Positions 49,415 through 58,407 of a stretch of DNA of 64,000 nucleotides are shown in pieces. Below the pieces are notes generated by a model, which worked only from the letters and a program-made list of their open reading frames with translations, was not told where the DNA came from and did not search any database. Position 1 is the first letter of the stretch. Each line of letters opens with the position of its first letter. Both the position numbers and the translations under genes were made by a program. Source of the stretch: Candidatus Tepidifontimicrobium thermophilum (lineage in GTDB: Bacteria > Sysuimicrobiota > Sysuimicrobiia > Sysuimicrobiales > Sysuimicrobiaceae); contig JAVKHO010000006.1 in NCBI GenBank assembly GCA_031459915.1, positions 58,475 through 122,474 on the forward strand. The letters are read 5' to 3'.

Positions 49415-50632
49415 CTAGCCGACCCGGCCCAGCCGCGGACCCAACATCCAGGCCGCCAGGATCGTCAGCACCCCCCCGATGGCCAGCGCCACCGCGGTTC
49501 CGGTCCACTCCGCCAGCAGGCCGAACGGGAAGCTTCCCAGGGTGAACATGCCGAAGGCGGTGACGGAGTACAACCCCATCACGCGTCCCCTCATACCCGG
49601 GTCCACGGAGGTCTGCACCAACGCGTTGGCGGAGGAAAGGGCCGCGGACTGGAACAGCCCCGCGGCCACCAGCAGGGCCAAGGCCCAGGCAAGTCCGGGG
49701 CTAAGTGCGAACAGCACCACGCACGCTCCCAGAGCCAGGGTGGACCTCTGCAGCAGGCGGCCTTCACCGCCCCGCTGGAACGCGGTGACGTACCAGGGCG
49801 CCAGCAGGGTCCCCACGCCCGGGGCGGCCTGCAGCAGGCCCAGCCCTACCGCGTCGGTGTGCAGCACCTCCCGCGCGAAGGCGGGCATGAGGCGGAAGTA
49901 CGGCCGCCCGAGGAAGTTCAGGGCCGCCACCGCGGCCAGCACCGTGGCCACCGTGCGGTCCGTGCGCACCACCCGCACGGCCTCCCGGATCTCGTCCAGC
50001 ACGGGGGCTCCACCGGACGCGGGTGGGGGAGGAGCGCCCATACGGTGCAGCGCCAGCAGGACCCCCGCGTAGGACACGGCGTTGAGGAGGAAGCACGTCC
50101 CCTCCCCCCCGACCGCGATCACCAGGCCCGCCAGGGAGGGGCCCACGATCCCTGCCCCGTTGAAGGCCACGGAGTTGAGGGTCACCGCCTGCAGCAGCTC
50201 GTCGGGTTCCACCAGGCTGGGAATCCACGAGTGTCGCGCGGGCATATCGAAGGACTGCAGGGCAGAGTTCAGTCCGGCTAGGAGGATCACGTGCCAGACC
50301 CGGACCCACCCGGTGAGGGTCAGCACCACCAGCACTGCGGCGCTAGAGGCCAGCCACGCGTTGGTCCAGAACAGGAGGGCCTTTCGGTCCCACCGGTCCG
50401 CCAGCGCGCCCCCGAGGGGCGCGAACACGAAGCGGGGAACCGCCTGGGCCAGCGCCAGGACGCCCAGGTAGAAGGGCGACAGAGTCAGCCGGTCCACCAG
50501 GTAGCCCACCGCCACGAACTGCATCCAGGTGCCGGTGTTGGAGACCAACAATCCCGTCCACAGGAGCCGGAAGTCGCGGTGCCGCAAGGGCCGCAGGGCG
50601 CTGCGGGGCCCTGCCAGGGCGCCAGCTCTCAT
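49415..50632 (-). CDS. MFS transporter (EntS/DUF894-like)
   Basis: ATG 50632 overlaps the paaI stop (ATGA). LR.RDFRLLWTG..VS..G.WM is typical of this MFS subfamily. About 12 TM. Confidence 0.8.
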   Translation of the reverse strand: MRAGALAGPRSALRPLRHRDFRLLWTGLLVSNTGTWMQFVAVGYLVDRLTLSPFYLGVLALAQAVPRFVFAPLGGALADRWDRKALLFWTNAWLASSAAVLVVLTLTGWVRVWHVILLAGLNSALQSFDMPARHSWIPSLVEPDELLQAVTLNSVAFNGAGIVGPSLAGLVIAVGGEGTCFLLNAVSYAGVLLALHRMGAPPPPASGGAPVLDEIREAVRVVRTDRTVATVLAAVAALNFLGRPYFRLMPAFAREVLHTDAVGLGLLQAAPGVGTLLAPWYVTAFQRGGEGRLLQRSTLALGACVVLFALSPGLAWALALLVAAGLFQSAALSSANALVQTSVDPGMRGRVMGLYSVTAFGMFTLGSFPFGLLAEWTGTAVALAIGGVLTILAAWMLGPRLGRVG

Positions 50633-51054
50633 GGGGTGGTGGCGACCACCGGTTCCTCCCCCCGGTGCACGAGCGCCTGCATGGTGGCGACGAGTCTGCC
50701 GTCCCCGTCCCGGACCCCTACGCGGTAGGAACCCAGGCTGCGGCTGCGGTGCTCCTCCACGCACTCCGCCTCTAGCCGCCCCGGGGCAGGCGCCCGCAGG
50801 AAGTGGATGGTCGCGGAGATGGCCACCGCCCGCTGGTTGTGGCTGTTGCTGGCCGCAGCGAAGGCGCAGTCCGCCAGCGAGAACAGCAGGCCGCCGTGCA
50901 CGACCCCGTGGAAGTTCCGGTGGTCGGGCCGCAGTTCGAGGCTCACCCGGGCGTAGCCCGGACGCACCTCCTCCACCCGCACCCCCAGCAGCCGACCGAA
51001 GGGGTCGGCACCGAAGCGTTCCACCAGCTCCCGGGGGACCGCAGGCTCCCTCAC
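50629..51054 (-). CDS. paaI: hotdog-fold thioesterase, PaaI family
   Basis: GTG 51054 overlaps the paaK stop (GTGA). HGVVHGGLLFSLADCAFA motif. 141 aa. Confidence 0.8.
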   Translation of the reverse strand: MREPAVPRELVERFGADPFGRLLGVRVEEVRPGYARVSLELRPDHRNFHGVVHGGLLFSLADCAFAAASNSHNQRAVAISATIHFLRAPAPGRLEAECVEEHRSRSLGSYRVGVRDGDGRLVATMQALVHRGEEPVVATTP

Positions 51055-52373
51055 AGCTTCCGCTGGTCCACCACCCGCCGCAACTTGCCGCCCTCGCTGC
51101 GCGGCAGGCTGCCGGGTGCTGCCAGCGTGACCTTCGCGTGCAGGTTCAGCACCCCGTACAGCGCCTGCTCCGCCCGCCGACGCAGGCTCGCTAGCTCCGG
51201 GGAGTCGGGCTCTGCGGTCCCCAGGCTCCGGTGGAACGAGGGATCCACCTCGATCCGCACCTCCAGCTCGTCCAGCGTCCGCTCCCGCGTGACCACGATC
51301 TGGTAGTGCGGGCTCAGTTGCGGGATCCCCACCAGCGCCGCCTCCACCTGAGACGGGTACACGTTGATCCCGCGCACCACCAGCATATCGTCGGTCCGCC
51401 CCAGGACCCGGGACATCCGGACGAAGGTACGGCCGCACCGGCACGGTTCGGGGTTCAGGGACGCGATGTCCCCGGTGCGGTAGCGCACCACCGGCAGGGC
51501 TTCCTTGGTCAGGGTGGTGAACACCAGCTCCCCCTCGCGCCCGTACGGCAGCGGTTCGCCGGTCCGCGGATCCACCACCTCCACCAGGAAGTGGTCCTCG
51601 AACACGTGGGAGCCGTTCCGCTCCTCCACGCACTCGTTAGACACCCCCGGCCCGATGACCTCGCTGAGCCCGTAGATGTTGACCGCGGCGATCCCCAGCT
51701 TCTCCTCGATCTGCTTCCGCATGGCGTCCGTCCACGGCTCCGCGCCCAGCACACCGTACCGCAGGGGCAGTTGCCCGGGCTGTACCCCGCGGTCCAGGAG
51801 CGCTTCCGCCAGGGTGAGGGCGTAGGACGGGGTGCACGCCAGCACCCGGGCGCCGAAGTCCTGCAGGAGGAGGACCTGCCGCTCCGTGTTGCCTCCTGAG
51901 GCCGGGACCACCACGAGCCCCATGAGCTCCGCGCCCGCGTGCATCCCCAGCCCGCCCGTGAACAGCCCGTAGCCGTACGCATTCTGGAACACGTCCCCGG
52001 GCTGCGCCCCGGAGGCCGCGAGACACCGTGCGCACAGCTCTGCCCATACCTGCAGGTCCCGGCGGGTGTAGCCCACCACCGTAGGCTTGCCGGTCGTCCC
52101 GGAGGACGCGTGGATGCGCACGACCTGGTCGCGGGGAACCGCGAACAGGCCGAAGGGGTAGTGGTCGCGGAAGTCCTGCTTGGTGGTGAAGGGGAGCTTG
52201 ACCACGTCCTGCAGGTGGCGGACGTCCTCCGGGGACACCCCGGCTTCCTGCATGCGCCGCCGGTACGGCGCCACCCGCTCGTAGACGTACCGGACCACCG
52301 CCTGCAGCCGCTCCAGTTGCAGCCGTTCCAGCTGGCTGCGCGGCATCGTCTCCGCTTCCGGGTTCCAGATCAT
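51051..52373 (-). CDS. paaK: phenylacetate-CoA ligase family adenylate-forming enzyme (PaaK-like)
   Basis: ATG 52373 with GGGGAGGG RBS. MIWNPE.E.M......LQLERLQ N-terminus and SSGTTGKPT AMP-binding motif. 440 aa. Confidence 0.85.
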   Translation of the reverse strand: MIWNPEAETMPRSQLERLQLERLQAVVRYVYERVAPYRRRMQEAGVSPEDVRHLQDVVKLPFTTKQDFRDHYPFGLFAVPRDQVVRIHASSGTTGKPTVVGYTRRDLQVWAELCARCLAASGAQPGDVFQNAYGYGLFTGGLGMHAGAELMGLVVVPASGGNTERQVLLLQDFGARVLACTPSYALTLAEALLDRGVQPGQLPLRYGVLGAEPWTDAMRKQIEEKLGIAAVNIYGLSEVIGPGVSNECVEERNGSHVFEDHFLVEVVDPRTGEPLPYGREGELVFTTLTKEALPVVRYRTGDIASLNPEPCRCGRTFVRMSRVLGRTDDMLVVRGINVYPSQVEAALVGIPQLSPHYQIVVTRERTLDELEVRIEVDPSFHRSLGTAEPDSPELASLRRRAEQALYGVLNLHAKVTLAAPGSLPRSEGGKLRRVVDQRKL

Positions 52374-52442
52374 GGGAGCCCTCCCCCGCCGTCTGCGAGG
52401 GGCAGTTTTCGCGGGCCCGGGCCCGGCTTCCTCCAACCCGCC

Positions 52443-52721
52443 CTAGGGCTCCGGCGGAGCTTCCAGGAACTTCACCACCAGCACTCGTGCCCGGTACAGG
52501 TCCGCTTCCGCCACCAACAGGTCCGCGAACACCCCCTCCGCCCGATCCACCGCGCCCTCGTAGCCAGGAACGGTGCGTCGGCGCACCAGCACCCGGATTC
52601 CGGCCTGTTCCAACACCGCCGCCACCACCTGAGCCTCCACCGGGTCGCGGGTCCGCCATGCCACCCCCAGGGGCCGGCTGGCGCCGTGGATCCAGCGGGG
52701 GAGCCAGTCCACCCCGGTCAC
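52443..52721 (-). CDS. small DUF2007-like (putative signal-transducing) protein
   Basis: GTG 52721 overlaps the upstream stop (GTGA). ...DPVEAQVVAAVLEQAGIRVLV...........LLVAEADLYRARVLV resembles DUF2007. The start is uncertain. Confidence 0.45.
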   Translation of the reverse strand: MTGVDWLPRWIHGASRPLGVAWRTRDPVEAQVVAAVLEQAGIRVLVRRRTVPGYEGAVDRAEGVFADLLVAEADLYRARVLVVKFLEAPPEP

Positions 52722-53041
52722 CCTCGGTGGACCGGCACATACAGCTCCGCTTCCACGAGGCCGCGATCCAGCTGCACCTGGACCCTGCGCCGGACGTACC
52801 CCTCCTCGTAGGCGTCCAGCGCGCGCAGCGCGGACTCGTCCAGCCCCTCCAGCAGCAGACCCTCCACCCAACTGCCCGGATGGGGTTCCACCTCCGGGTA
52901 GCCAGACGCCGACCGCTCCGCGGGGACCAGCACCCAGCCCGGCAGTCGCGCGGGCCGGGACGGGAACGTGCGCCCCGTCAGCGACCGCACCAGTTCCGGG
53001 TTTTTCAGGGTCCCGTACACGAACAAACGCTTAGGGACCAA
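52718..53041 (-). CDS. gamma-glutamylcyclotransferase (AIG2/GGACT-like) family protein
   Basis: TTG 53041. LFVYGTLKNPELV....G......A.L.G family pattern. 107 aa. Confidence 0.72.
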   Translation of the reverse strand: MVPKRLFVYGTLKNPELVRSLTGRTFPSRPARLPGWVLVPAERSASGYPEVEPHPGSWVEGLLLEGLDESALRALDAYEEGYVRRRVQVQLDRGLVEAELYVPVHRG

Positions 53042-53789
53042 TTCCCTCGATCCCTTCCCCTGCGGATCGGACCCCCTCAGCCACCGCGCCCTCCACCACC
53101 AGGGTAACCTCCCCTCTCACCTGCCCGCCGCGCGCCCACCGGACCAACTCGCTCGCGGTACCCCGCCGGACCTCCTCGTGCACCTTGGTGAGCTCCCGAC
53201 ACACCGCCACCCGCCGGTCGCCCAACACCTCCACGAGATCCTGCAGGCAGTCCGCCAGCCTGCGGGGCGACTCAAACAGGACCAGGGTGGCCCGTTGGTC
53301 CTTCACCTGCTCCAGGAACCGGCGCCGGGCCGTCCGCCGGCGTGGCGGGAAGCCCAGGAACAGAAAGCGGTCTGCGGGCAGGCCGGAGGCCACCAGGGCT
53401 GCCGTCACCGCGCTGGGGCCCGGAACCGGCACCACCGGGACGGAGGCGTCCACGCACGCCCGCACCAGTCGGTAGCCGGGGTCTGACAGGACCGGTGTAC
53501 CCGCATCGCTTACCAGCGCCACCGACCGGCCAGAACGCAGGGCCGCCAGCAGCTGCGGGGTGCGCGCCTGCTCGTTGTGCTCGTGGTAGCTCACCACCTG
53601 CTGGCGGATCCCGTAGCGCTCCAGCAGCTTGCGCACGTGCCGCGTGTCCTCCGCGGCGATGAGGTCTACCTCCCGGAGGACCCGCAGGGCCCGCAGGGTC
53701 ACGTCCTCCAGGTTCCCGATGGGGGTGGCCACCAGGTACAGCACCCCTTTGGATTGCCGGGCCCGCTCACCGTGGTTCTCTCCCGCCAA
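53031..53789 (-). CDS. rsmI: 16S rRNA (cytidine1402-2'-O)-methyltransferase RsmI
   Basis: LYLVATPIGNLEDVTLRAL..L...DLIAAEDTR and VSDAGTP..SDPG motifs. TTG 53789 was chosen just after the helicase stop. The start is uncertain. Confidence 0.82.
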   Translation of the reverse strand: MAGENHGERARQSKGVLYLVATPIGNLEDVTLRALRVLREVDLIAAEDTRHVRKLLERYGIRQQVVSYHEHNEQARTPQLLAALRSGRSVALVSDAGTPVLSDPGYRLVRACVDASVPVVPVPGPSAVTAALVASGLPADRFLFLGFPPRRRTARRRFLEQVKDQRATLVLFESPRRLADCLQDLVEVLGDRRVAVCRELTKVHEEVRRGTASELVRWARGGQVRGEVTLVVEGAVAEGVRSAGEGIEGIGP

Positions 53790-53794
53790 ACCGA

Positions 53795-56071
53795 CTACCC
53801 CCTGCGGCGCCGCCGCGCCGCGGTTGCCCGCCGGGCGGGCAGCCCCAGCAGGAAGGCCAGCAGCCGCATCGCGCCGTCTTTGTCCAGGGGCTGGTTGCCG
53901 TTCCCGCACTTGGGCGACTGCACGCACGAGGGGCAGCCTCCCTCGCACGGACAGGTCCGCACCGCTTCCCACGTGGCGCGGAGCCAATCCTCCAGGACGT
54001 GAAAGGCGCGCTCCGCGATGCCCACCCCCCCCGGGTAGCCGTCGTACACGAACACCGAGGGCCGTCCGGTCTGCGGGTGCAGGGGGTAGGAGACCCCGCC
54101 CACGTCCCACCGGTCGCACATGGCGAACAGGGGAAGTACGCCGATGGCGGCGTGCTCGGCCGCGTGGATGGCCCCCGGGATCACCTCCTGGTCCACGGTG
54201 GCGGCCACTTCACCGGGCAGCCCGTAGCCCACGGCCACCGTGGCCAGCGTCTGCGGTGGGAGGGTCAGGGGCTCTACGCTGAGGACCCGGTCCTGTGTCA
54301 GGTGCTTGCGTGCGTACCCCACCACCTGCGTGGTCACTTCCACCTCCGCCAGGTACGCCTCCGCAGGACCCAGGGGCCGGCGGGCACGCACCTGGCGAAT
54401 CTCCAGGTCGGTCACCGTGCGTGCCTCCGTGTAGTAGTCCACGTCCTGGCGCCGCACCCTCGCCACCCGGCCTTCCAAGTCCAGCTGCCGCACCACGTAG
54501 GTCTCGCCCTGGTGCAGGTAGACTGCCCCCGGGTGCACCTGTTCCAGCGCGCGCGCTTCGTCCACGGTCCCCAGCGGCCCGCGCTCCTCGTCCACGATGG
54601 TGTACGGAGACTCCCCCGCGGCCCGGATGGCCACCTGGGAAGCGGGGTAGCGGGTCCCTCGCCAGGTCCACCGGCCCCGGTCGGGAACCAGTTCGCCTGC
54701 CTCCGCAAGCACCTGCACCACGACCCGGGAGGGCTCCCCGAAGAGCGGGAAATCTTCCTCCCGCAGCGGCAGCTCCGCGGCCGCGCACCGCAGCTGGGAA
54801 GTGAGCACGTACGGGTTGGACGGGTCCAGAGCCGCCGCCTCCACCGGCCGCTCGAACAGGTACGCGGGGTGCCGCATGAGGTACTGGTCCAGGGCGTCCT
54901 CCAGGGCCATCAGCACCGCGAGGGAGTCCTCCCCCGACCGCCCCGCGCGGCCGGCCCGCTGCCACGTGCTGGCCACGGTTCCCGGGTAGCCCACCAGTAC
55001 CGCGGCGTCCAGACCGCCCACGTCGATGCCCAGCTCCAAGGCGCTGGTGGACACCACGCCCAGCAGCTCCCCGGAGAACAGCGCCCGCTCGATCTCCCGG
55101 CGTTCCTCCGGAAGGTAACCGGCCCGGTAAGCGCGAAGGCGACCTGCCAGCTCCGGCGAAGCCGTCACCGCGTACCGGTACACCAGCTCCGTCACCTTTC
55201 TGGCTTTGGTGAACACGATGGTGCGGACCCCGCGCGCCACTAGCCACCGCAGCAGCCAGCTGGCGTCCCGGTAGGGGCTGCGGCGTCCGCCCCCGCGGAG
55301 CGGAGGAGGATTCCACAGGACGAACCACCGGGCTCCCTGGGGGGCTCCGTCGTCGTCCACCACCTGCACCGGAAGTCCCAGGATCCGCTCCGCAAACTCC
55401 CCGGGATTCGCCAGGGTAGCGGAAGTGCACACGAAGCGAGGTTCCGCCCCGTACGCGCGGCACACGCGCCGCAGCCGCCGCAGCACGCCGGCCACGTGGC
55501 TCCCGAACACCCCCCGGTACACGTGCAGATCGTCCAGGACCACGTACCGCAGCCCCCGGAACAGCCGCACCCACCGGCCGTGCTGCGGCAGGATGCCCAC
55601 GTGGAGCATGTCCGGGTTGGTCAGGACCACCTGGGCCTGTTCCCGGATCCGGGCCCGTTCGGAGGGCGGGGTGTCCCCGTCGTACACGTCGCAGCGCACC
55701 GGAAGGTCCATCGCCCGCAGCGTGTCCAGCTGGTCCTGGGCCAGGGCCTTCGTGGGGAAGATGTACAGGGCGCAGGCCCGAGGGTCCCGGAGGAGGGTCT
55801 CCAGCACGGGCAGGTTGTAGCAAAGGGTCTTCCCGCTGGCCGTCCGGGTCGTCACCACCACGGACCGGCCTGCGCGCACGTGATCCAGGGCCTGGGCTTG
55901 GTGCGTGTACAGCCTCCGGATCCCTGCCCGTTCCAGGGCCTCCACCAGCCGCGTCGGGAGCGGGCTCGCCGGGTCCGCGAACCGTGCGGGCCTAGGGGGC
56001 ACCCGCTCCACGTGCACCACCCGGCCTCCGGCCACCTGCCGAAGCCCGTCCACCAGCGCCGCCATGTCCAT
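53795..56071 (-). CDS. DEAD/DEAH-box helicase with C-terminal DUF1998 Cys4 domain (YprA/MrfA-type)
   Basis: TASGKT (motif I), VVLDDLHVY (DExH), TSALELGIDVG and QRAGRAGR (motif VI). C-terminal CPCEGGCPSCVQSPKCGN. ATG 56071. Confidence 0.85.
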   Translation of the reverse strand: MDMAALVDGLRQVAGGRVVHVERVPPRPARFADPASPLPTRLVEALERAGIRRLYTHQAQALDHVRAGRSVVVTTRTASGKTLCYNLPVLETLLRDPRACALYIFPTKALAQDQLDTLRAMDLPVRCDVYDGDTPPSERARIREQAQVVLTNPDMLHVGILPQHGRWVRLFRGLRYVVLDDLHVYRGVFGSHVAGVLRRLRRVCRAYGAEPRFVCTSATLANPGEFAERILGLPVQVVDDDGAPQGARWFVLWNPPPLRGGGRRSPYRDASWLLRWLVARGVRTIVFTKARKVTELVYRYAVTASPELAGRLRAYRAGYLPEERREIERALFSGELLGVVSTSALELGIDVGGLDAAVLVGYPGTVASTWQRAGRAGRSGEDSLAVLMALEDALDQYLMRHPAYLFERPVEAAALDPSNPYVLTSQLRCAAAELPLREEDFPLFGEPSRVVVQVLAEAGELVPDRGRWTWRGTRYPASQVAIRAAGESPYTIVDEERGPLGTVDEARALEQVHPGAVYLHQGETYVVRQLDLEGRVARVRRQDVDYYTEARTVTDLEIRQVRARRPLGPAEAYLAEVEVTTQVVGYARKHLTQDRVLSVEPLTLPPQTLATVAVGYGLPGEVAATVDQEVIPGAIHAAEHAAIGVLPLFAMCDRWDVGGVSYPLHPQTGRPSVFVYDGYPGGVGIAERAFHVLEDWLRATWEAVRTCPCEGGCPSCVQSPKCGNGNQPLDKDGAMRLLAFLLGLPARRATAARRRRRG

Positions 56072-56086
56072 GGTCAGCTGATCACC

Positions 56087-56115
56087 TTGACCGTCCCATG
56101 CCGCCGGGCTAGCAT
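56087..56115 (+). promoter_or_regulatory. sigma-70-like promoter of tRNA-Leu: TTGACC-N17-TAGCAT
   Basis: TTGACC 56087-56092, a 17-nt spacer, and TAGCAT 56110-56115. The mature tRNA 5' end lies 13 nt downstream. Confidence 0.55.
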
Positions 56116-56127
56116 GGTTGAATGCGG

Positions 56128-56214
56128 GCCGGAGTGGCGGAACGGCAGACGCGCTGCGTTCAGGGCGCAGTGGGCGCAAAGCCCGTGGGGGTTCAAATCC
56201 CTCCTCCGGCACCA
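56128..56214 (+). tRNA. tRNA-Leu (anticodon CAG), class II with long variable arm, CCA encoded
   Basis: Hand-folded:
- acceptor GCCGGAG/CTCCGGC
- D stem GCG/CGC
- anticodon stem CTGCG/CGCAG with loop TTCAGGG
- variable arm GGGC-GCAAA-GCCC
- T arm GGGGG-TTCAAAT-CCCTC
- discriminator A followed by CCA. Confidence 0.9.
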
Positions 56215-56273
56215 CCTCGGCCGCAAGACCCGCGGTGGAACCCAAGCAGCCTTCCCTGTCGGTAGACCTGGAG

Positions 56274-56609
56274 GTGCTGCGGCACCTGCAGGGGTTCCCC
56301 GACGAGCTGGAGCGCTACGCCAACCTGCTCAAGCATGCGCACCCGCAAGGCCGTTCCGCCTGCGGGTTGATCATACAACGGCCGGGTCCGGCGGGGTTCC
56401 TGCGACGGCTCTGCGAGCTGCTGGTGGCCGGGGAGGCCGTGGTGACCACCGCGGAGGCCGCCCGGCTGCTGCGCACCACCCCGCAACAGCTGCTGGAGCG
56501 ACTGGACCGGGGAGAGGTGCCGGCCCCGGAGTTCCGGGACGGTGCGAAGGTGATCTGGCGTCGGGAGGTGTGGGAGGACCGCCTGCGGGACGGGCGGGGT
56601 CCCGCCTGA
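56274..56609 (+). CDS. hypothetical protein with C-terminal excisionase/MerR-like helix-turn-helix
   Basis: VVTTAEAARLLRTTPQQLLERLDRGEVPA.....AKVIWRREV resembles excisionase-family HTH_17. There is no in-frame ATG. GTG 56274 is the first plausible start after the tRNA, and TTG near 56367 is possible. Confidence 0.45.
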   Translation: MLRHLQGFPDELERYANLLKHAHPQGRSACGLIIQRPGPAGFLRRLCELLVAGEAVVTTAEAARLLRTTPQQLLERLDRGEVPAPEFRDGAKVIWRREVWEDRLRDGRGPA

Positions 56610-56615
56610 GCAGCC

Positions 56616-56831
56616 GTGGCGAGGGTCGCGCTGCACGTGGCCTGCCGGACGTGCGGGGAGGTGTTCGACACGGGGCTACGGACCGACACCACCTCCTTCG
56701 CCCGCGGCACGTTTGCCGCCAACTACCACACGTGCCCCCGGTGCGGGACCACGCAGACCTACCGCAAGGCGGACTACCGACTGGTGGACGTTCGCACCGG
56801 CCAGGCCGTGCCCCCACCCGAGCGGCGCTGA
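56616..56831 (+). CDS. small zinc-ribbon protein (71 aa)
   Basis: GTG 56616. CRTCG...(33 aa)...CPRCG Cys4 arrangement and good GC3. Confidence 0.5.
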   Translation: MARVALHVACRTCGEVFDTGLRTDTTSFARGTFAANYHTCPRCGTTQTYRKADYRLVDVRTGQAVPPPERR

Positions 56832-56833
56832 CC

Positions 56834-57331
56834 TCAGGGCCGGCTCCGGGACCGCACGAAGCGCTCTACGTCCCCCAGCAGGCTGAGGGTCTCGCGCTCG
56901 AAGCTGTCCTGGATGAGGACGAAGCGCGCGCGCTGCTCCGGGGTCAGGGCCGCCCGGATCCGCTCCAGAGCTTCCGCCCTCTGTTGCTGGAACTCCTGTT
57001 GCGCGGCCCGCAGCTCACGCAGCTTCGCCTCGACCCGTTCCCGGTCCACGGTTCGGTCCGCCAGCAGCGCCCGGATCTCCCGGTGAAGGGCAGAACGTCG
57101 CTGCCCGAAGACCAGCCGGGCCTGTTTGAGGGCCCGCAGGGGCGGGAGTACCTTGCACACCTGCTCCTCCGTGAGGTCCAGCTCATCCACCAGGCGCCAA
57201 ACCAGCAGGGCCTCCAGCACCCGCTCCGCGCGCTCCGATCCCCGCTGCGCCAGGGCCCACCCGACAGACCCGAGCACCAGGGCCCCCACGACGCCCACCA
57301 CCGCCACCGGCCCCCCCCACTTCCTCACCAC
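56834..57331 (-). CDS. periplasmic LTXXQ-motif protein (CpxP/Spy/ZraP-like)
   Basis: GTG 57331/57328 overlaps the anti-sigma stop. TM/signal PVAVVGVVGALVLGSVGWALA and two LTxxQ motifs (LTEEQ, LTPEQ) in helical R/E/Q-rich sequence. Confidence 0.7.
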   Translation of the reverse strand: MVRKWGGPVAVVGVVGALVLGSVGWALAQRGSERAERVLEALLVWRLVDELDLTEEQVCKVLPPLRALKQARLVFGQRRSALHREIRALLADRTVDRERVEAKLRELRAAQQEFQQQRAEALERIRAALTPEQRARFVLIQDSFERETLSLLGDVERFVRSRSRP

Positions 57332-57783
57332 CGGTCTCCCTCCCCCTCCAGGCCCGCGCCCCACGCCTGTGCCAGTTCCGCCACCCGCGGCAGGAGGGCC
57401 TGGACCGCCGGACTCACCACCTCACGGCTCCCGGTCTCGTCGGGAGGCGGCATCCCCCGCAAAGCCGCCAGCGCCAGCAGCGCCGCCAGAGCGGCGGCCT
57501 TTCCGGCCTTGCTCCAGTCCACCCCGGCGCCTGCGAGCAGGCGACGGCGTGCGGCCCCACGCTGCAGGCGCCGGTCCAGCTCCTCCCAGAACCCTGCAGG
57601 GACCGGCGGCTCGGGGACCTCCCGGAGCCACGCCACCACATCCCGGACGGCGTCGAACTCCGCCCGGCAGCGAGGGCACCCGGACAGGTGGCCCCGCAGG
57701 TCCTCCCACACCTCCGGAGGGACGGGCCCGGTGGCCGCCTCCACGATCCGGTCCCGGTACAGTCCGCAGCGGGCCCCGTCCAC
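57325..57783 (-). CDS. membrane-anchored anti-sigma factor with ZAS (zf-HC2) motif
   Basis: GTG 57783 lies 2 nt upstream of the sigma stop (57787-57785). C-x25-HLSGCPRC (H-x3-C-x2-C). Single TM AAALAALLALAAL. Confidence 0.78.
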   Translation of the reverse strand: MDGARCGLYRDRIVEAATGPVPPEVWEDLRGHLSGCPRCRAEFDAVRDVVAWLREVPEPPVPAGFWEELDRRLQRGAARRRLLAGAGVDWSKAGKAAALAALLALAALRGMPPPDETGSREVVSPAVQALLPRVAELAQAWGAGLEGEGDRW

Positions 57784-57784
57784 C

Positions 57785-58327
57785 TCAGCCCTCCACCAGA
57801 GGCCCCAGGACAACGCGCAGCTTGCGCAGGGCCGCGAACATGGTGGCCTTCACGGTGCCCTCGGAGCAGTCCATGATCTCCGCGATCTCCGCGTACGTGT
57901 ACCCTCCGTACAGCCGCAACACCACCGCGGCCCGCTGCCTGGGCGGCAGGGCCTGGACCGCTTCCGCGACCAGGCGCCACCGCTCCCGGCGTTCCGCCCG
58001 GGCGTCCGGGCCCGTTTCGGGTGGGGAGGCCAGCCCGGCTACCGCCTCCAACGGCAGCGGGTCGCGCTGCCGGGCCCGGTGATCCAGACAAGCGTTGGTG
58101 GCAATCCGCAACAGCCAGGTCTTCACGCGGCACCGCCCCTGAAACCGTCCGAGGGAGCGGTAGGCCCGCAGGAACACCTCCTGCGTGAGGTCCGCGGCGT
58201 CCTCGTGGTTGCCGGTCATCCGGCGGAGGAACCGGTACACGGGCTCCCGGTACTTGATCACCAGCGCTGCGAACGCGCTCGCCTCGCCTGCCCGGAACGC
58301 CCGTACGAGCCGTTCGTCCTCGTCCAT
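57785..58327 (-). CDS. ECF-type RNA polymerase sigma factor
   Basis: Region 2 (F..L...Y...VYRFL.RMTGN..DAADLTQEVFLRAY) and region 4 (LP.RQR..V.LR...G..Y.EIAEIM....GTVK) of sigma-70 family group 4. Confidence 0.88.
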   Translation of the reverse strand: MDEDERLVRAFRAGEASAFAALVIKYREPVYRFLRRMTGNHEDAADLTQEVFLRAYRSLGRFQGRCRVKTWLLRIATNACLDHRARQRDPLPLEAVAGLASPPETGPDARAERRERWRLVAEAVQALPPRQRAAVVLRLYGGYTYAEIAEIMDCSEGTVKATMFAALRKLRVVLGPLVEG

Positions 58328-58344
58328 CCGACCCCATGGTAGCT

Positions 58345-58369
58345 GACGGACCCCCGGCGGGTGGGGTTT
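58345..58369 (-). promoter_or_regulatory. candidate ECF-type autoregulatory promoter AAAC-N17-CGTC
   Basis: Minus strand: AAAC (58369-58366), 17 nt, then CGTC (58348-58345). It ends 17 nt upstream of the sigma-factor ATG. Motif resemblance only. Confidence 0.3.
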
Positions 58370-58407
58370 AGCGCCCCTGTCCCCCGGTCCGCCCGCAGGG
58401 ACCGCGG

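Noticed and set aside
55496-58342. 948-aa ORF on the plus strand
   Set aside because: It runs antisense through the helicase 5' end, straight across the tRNA-Leu gene, and antisense to the sigma/anti-sigma/LTXXQ operon. Composition is P/R/G/A-rich and no domain is recognisable.
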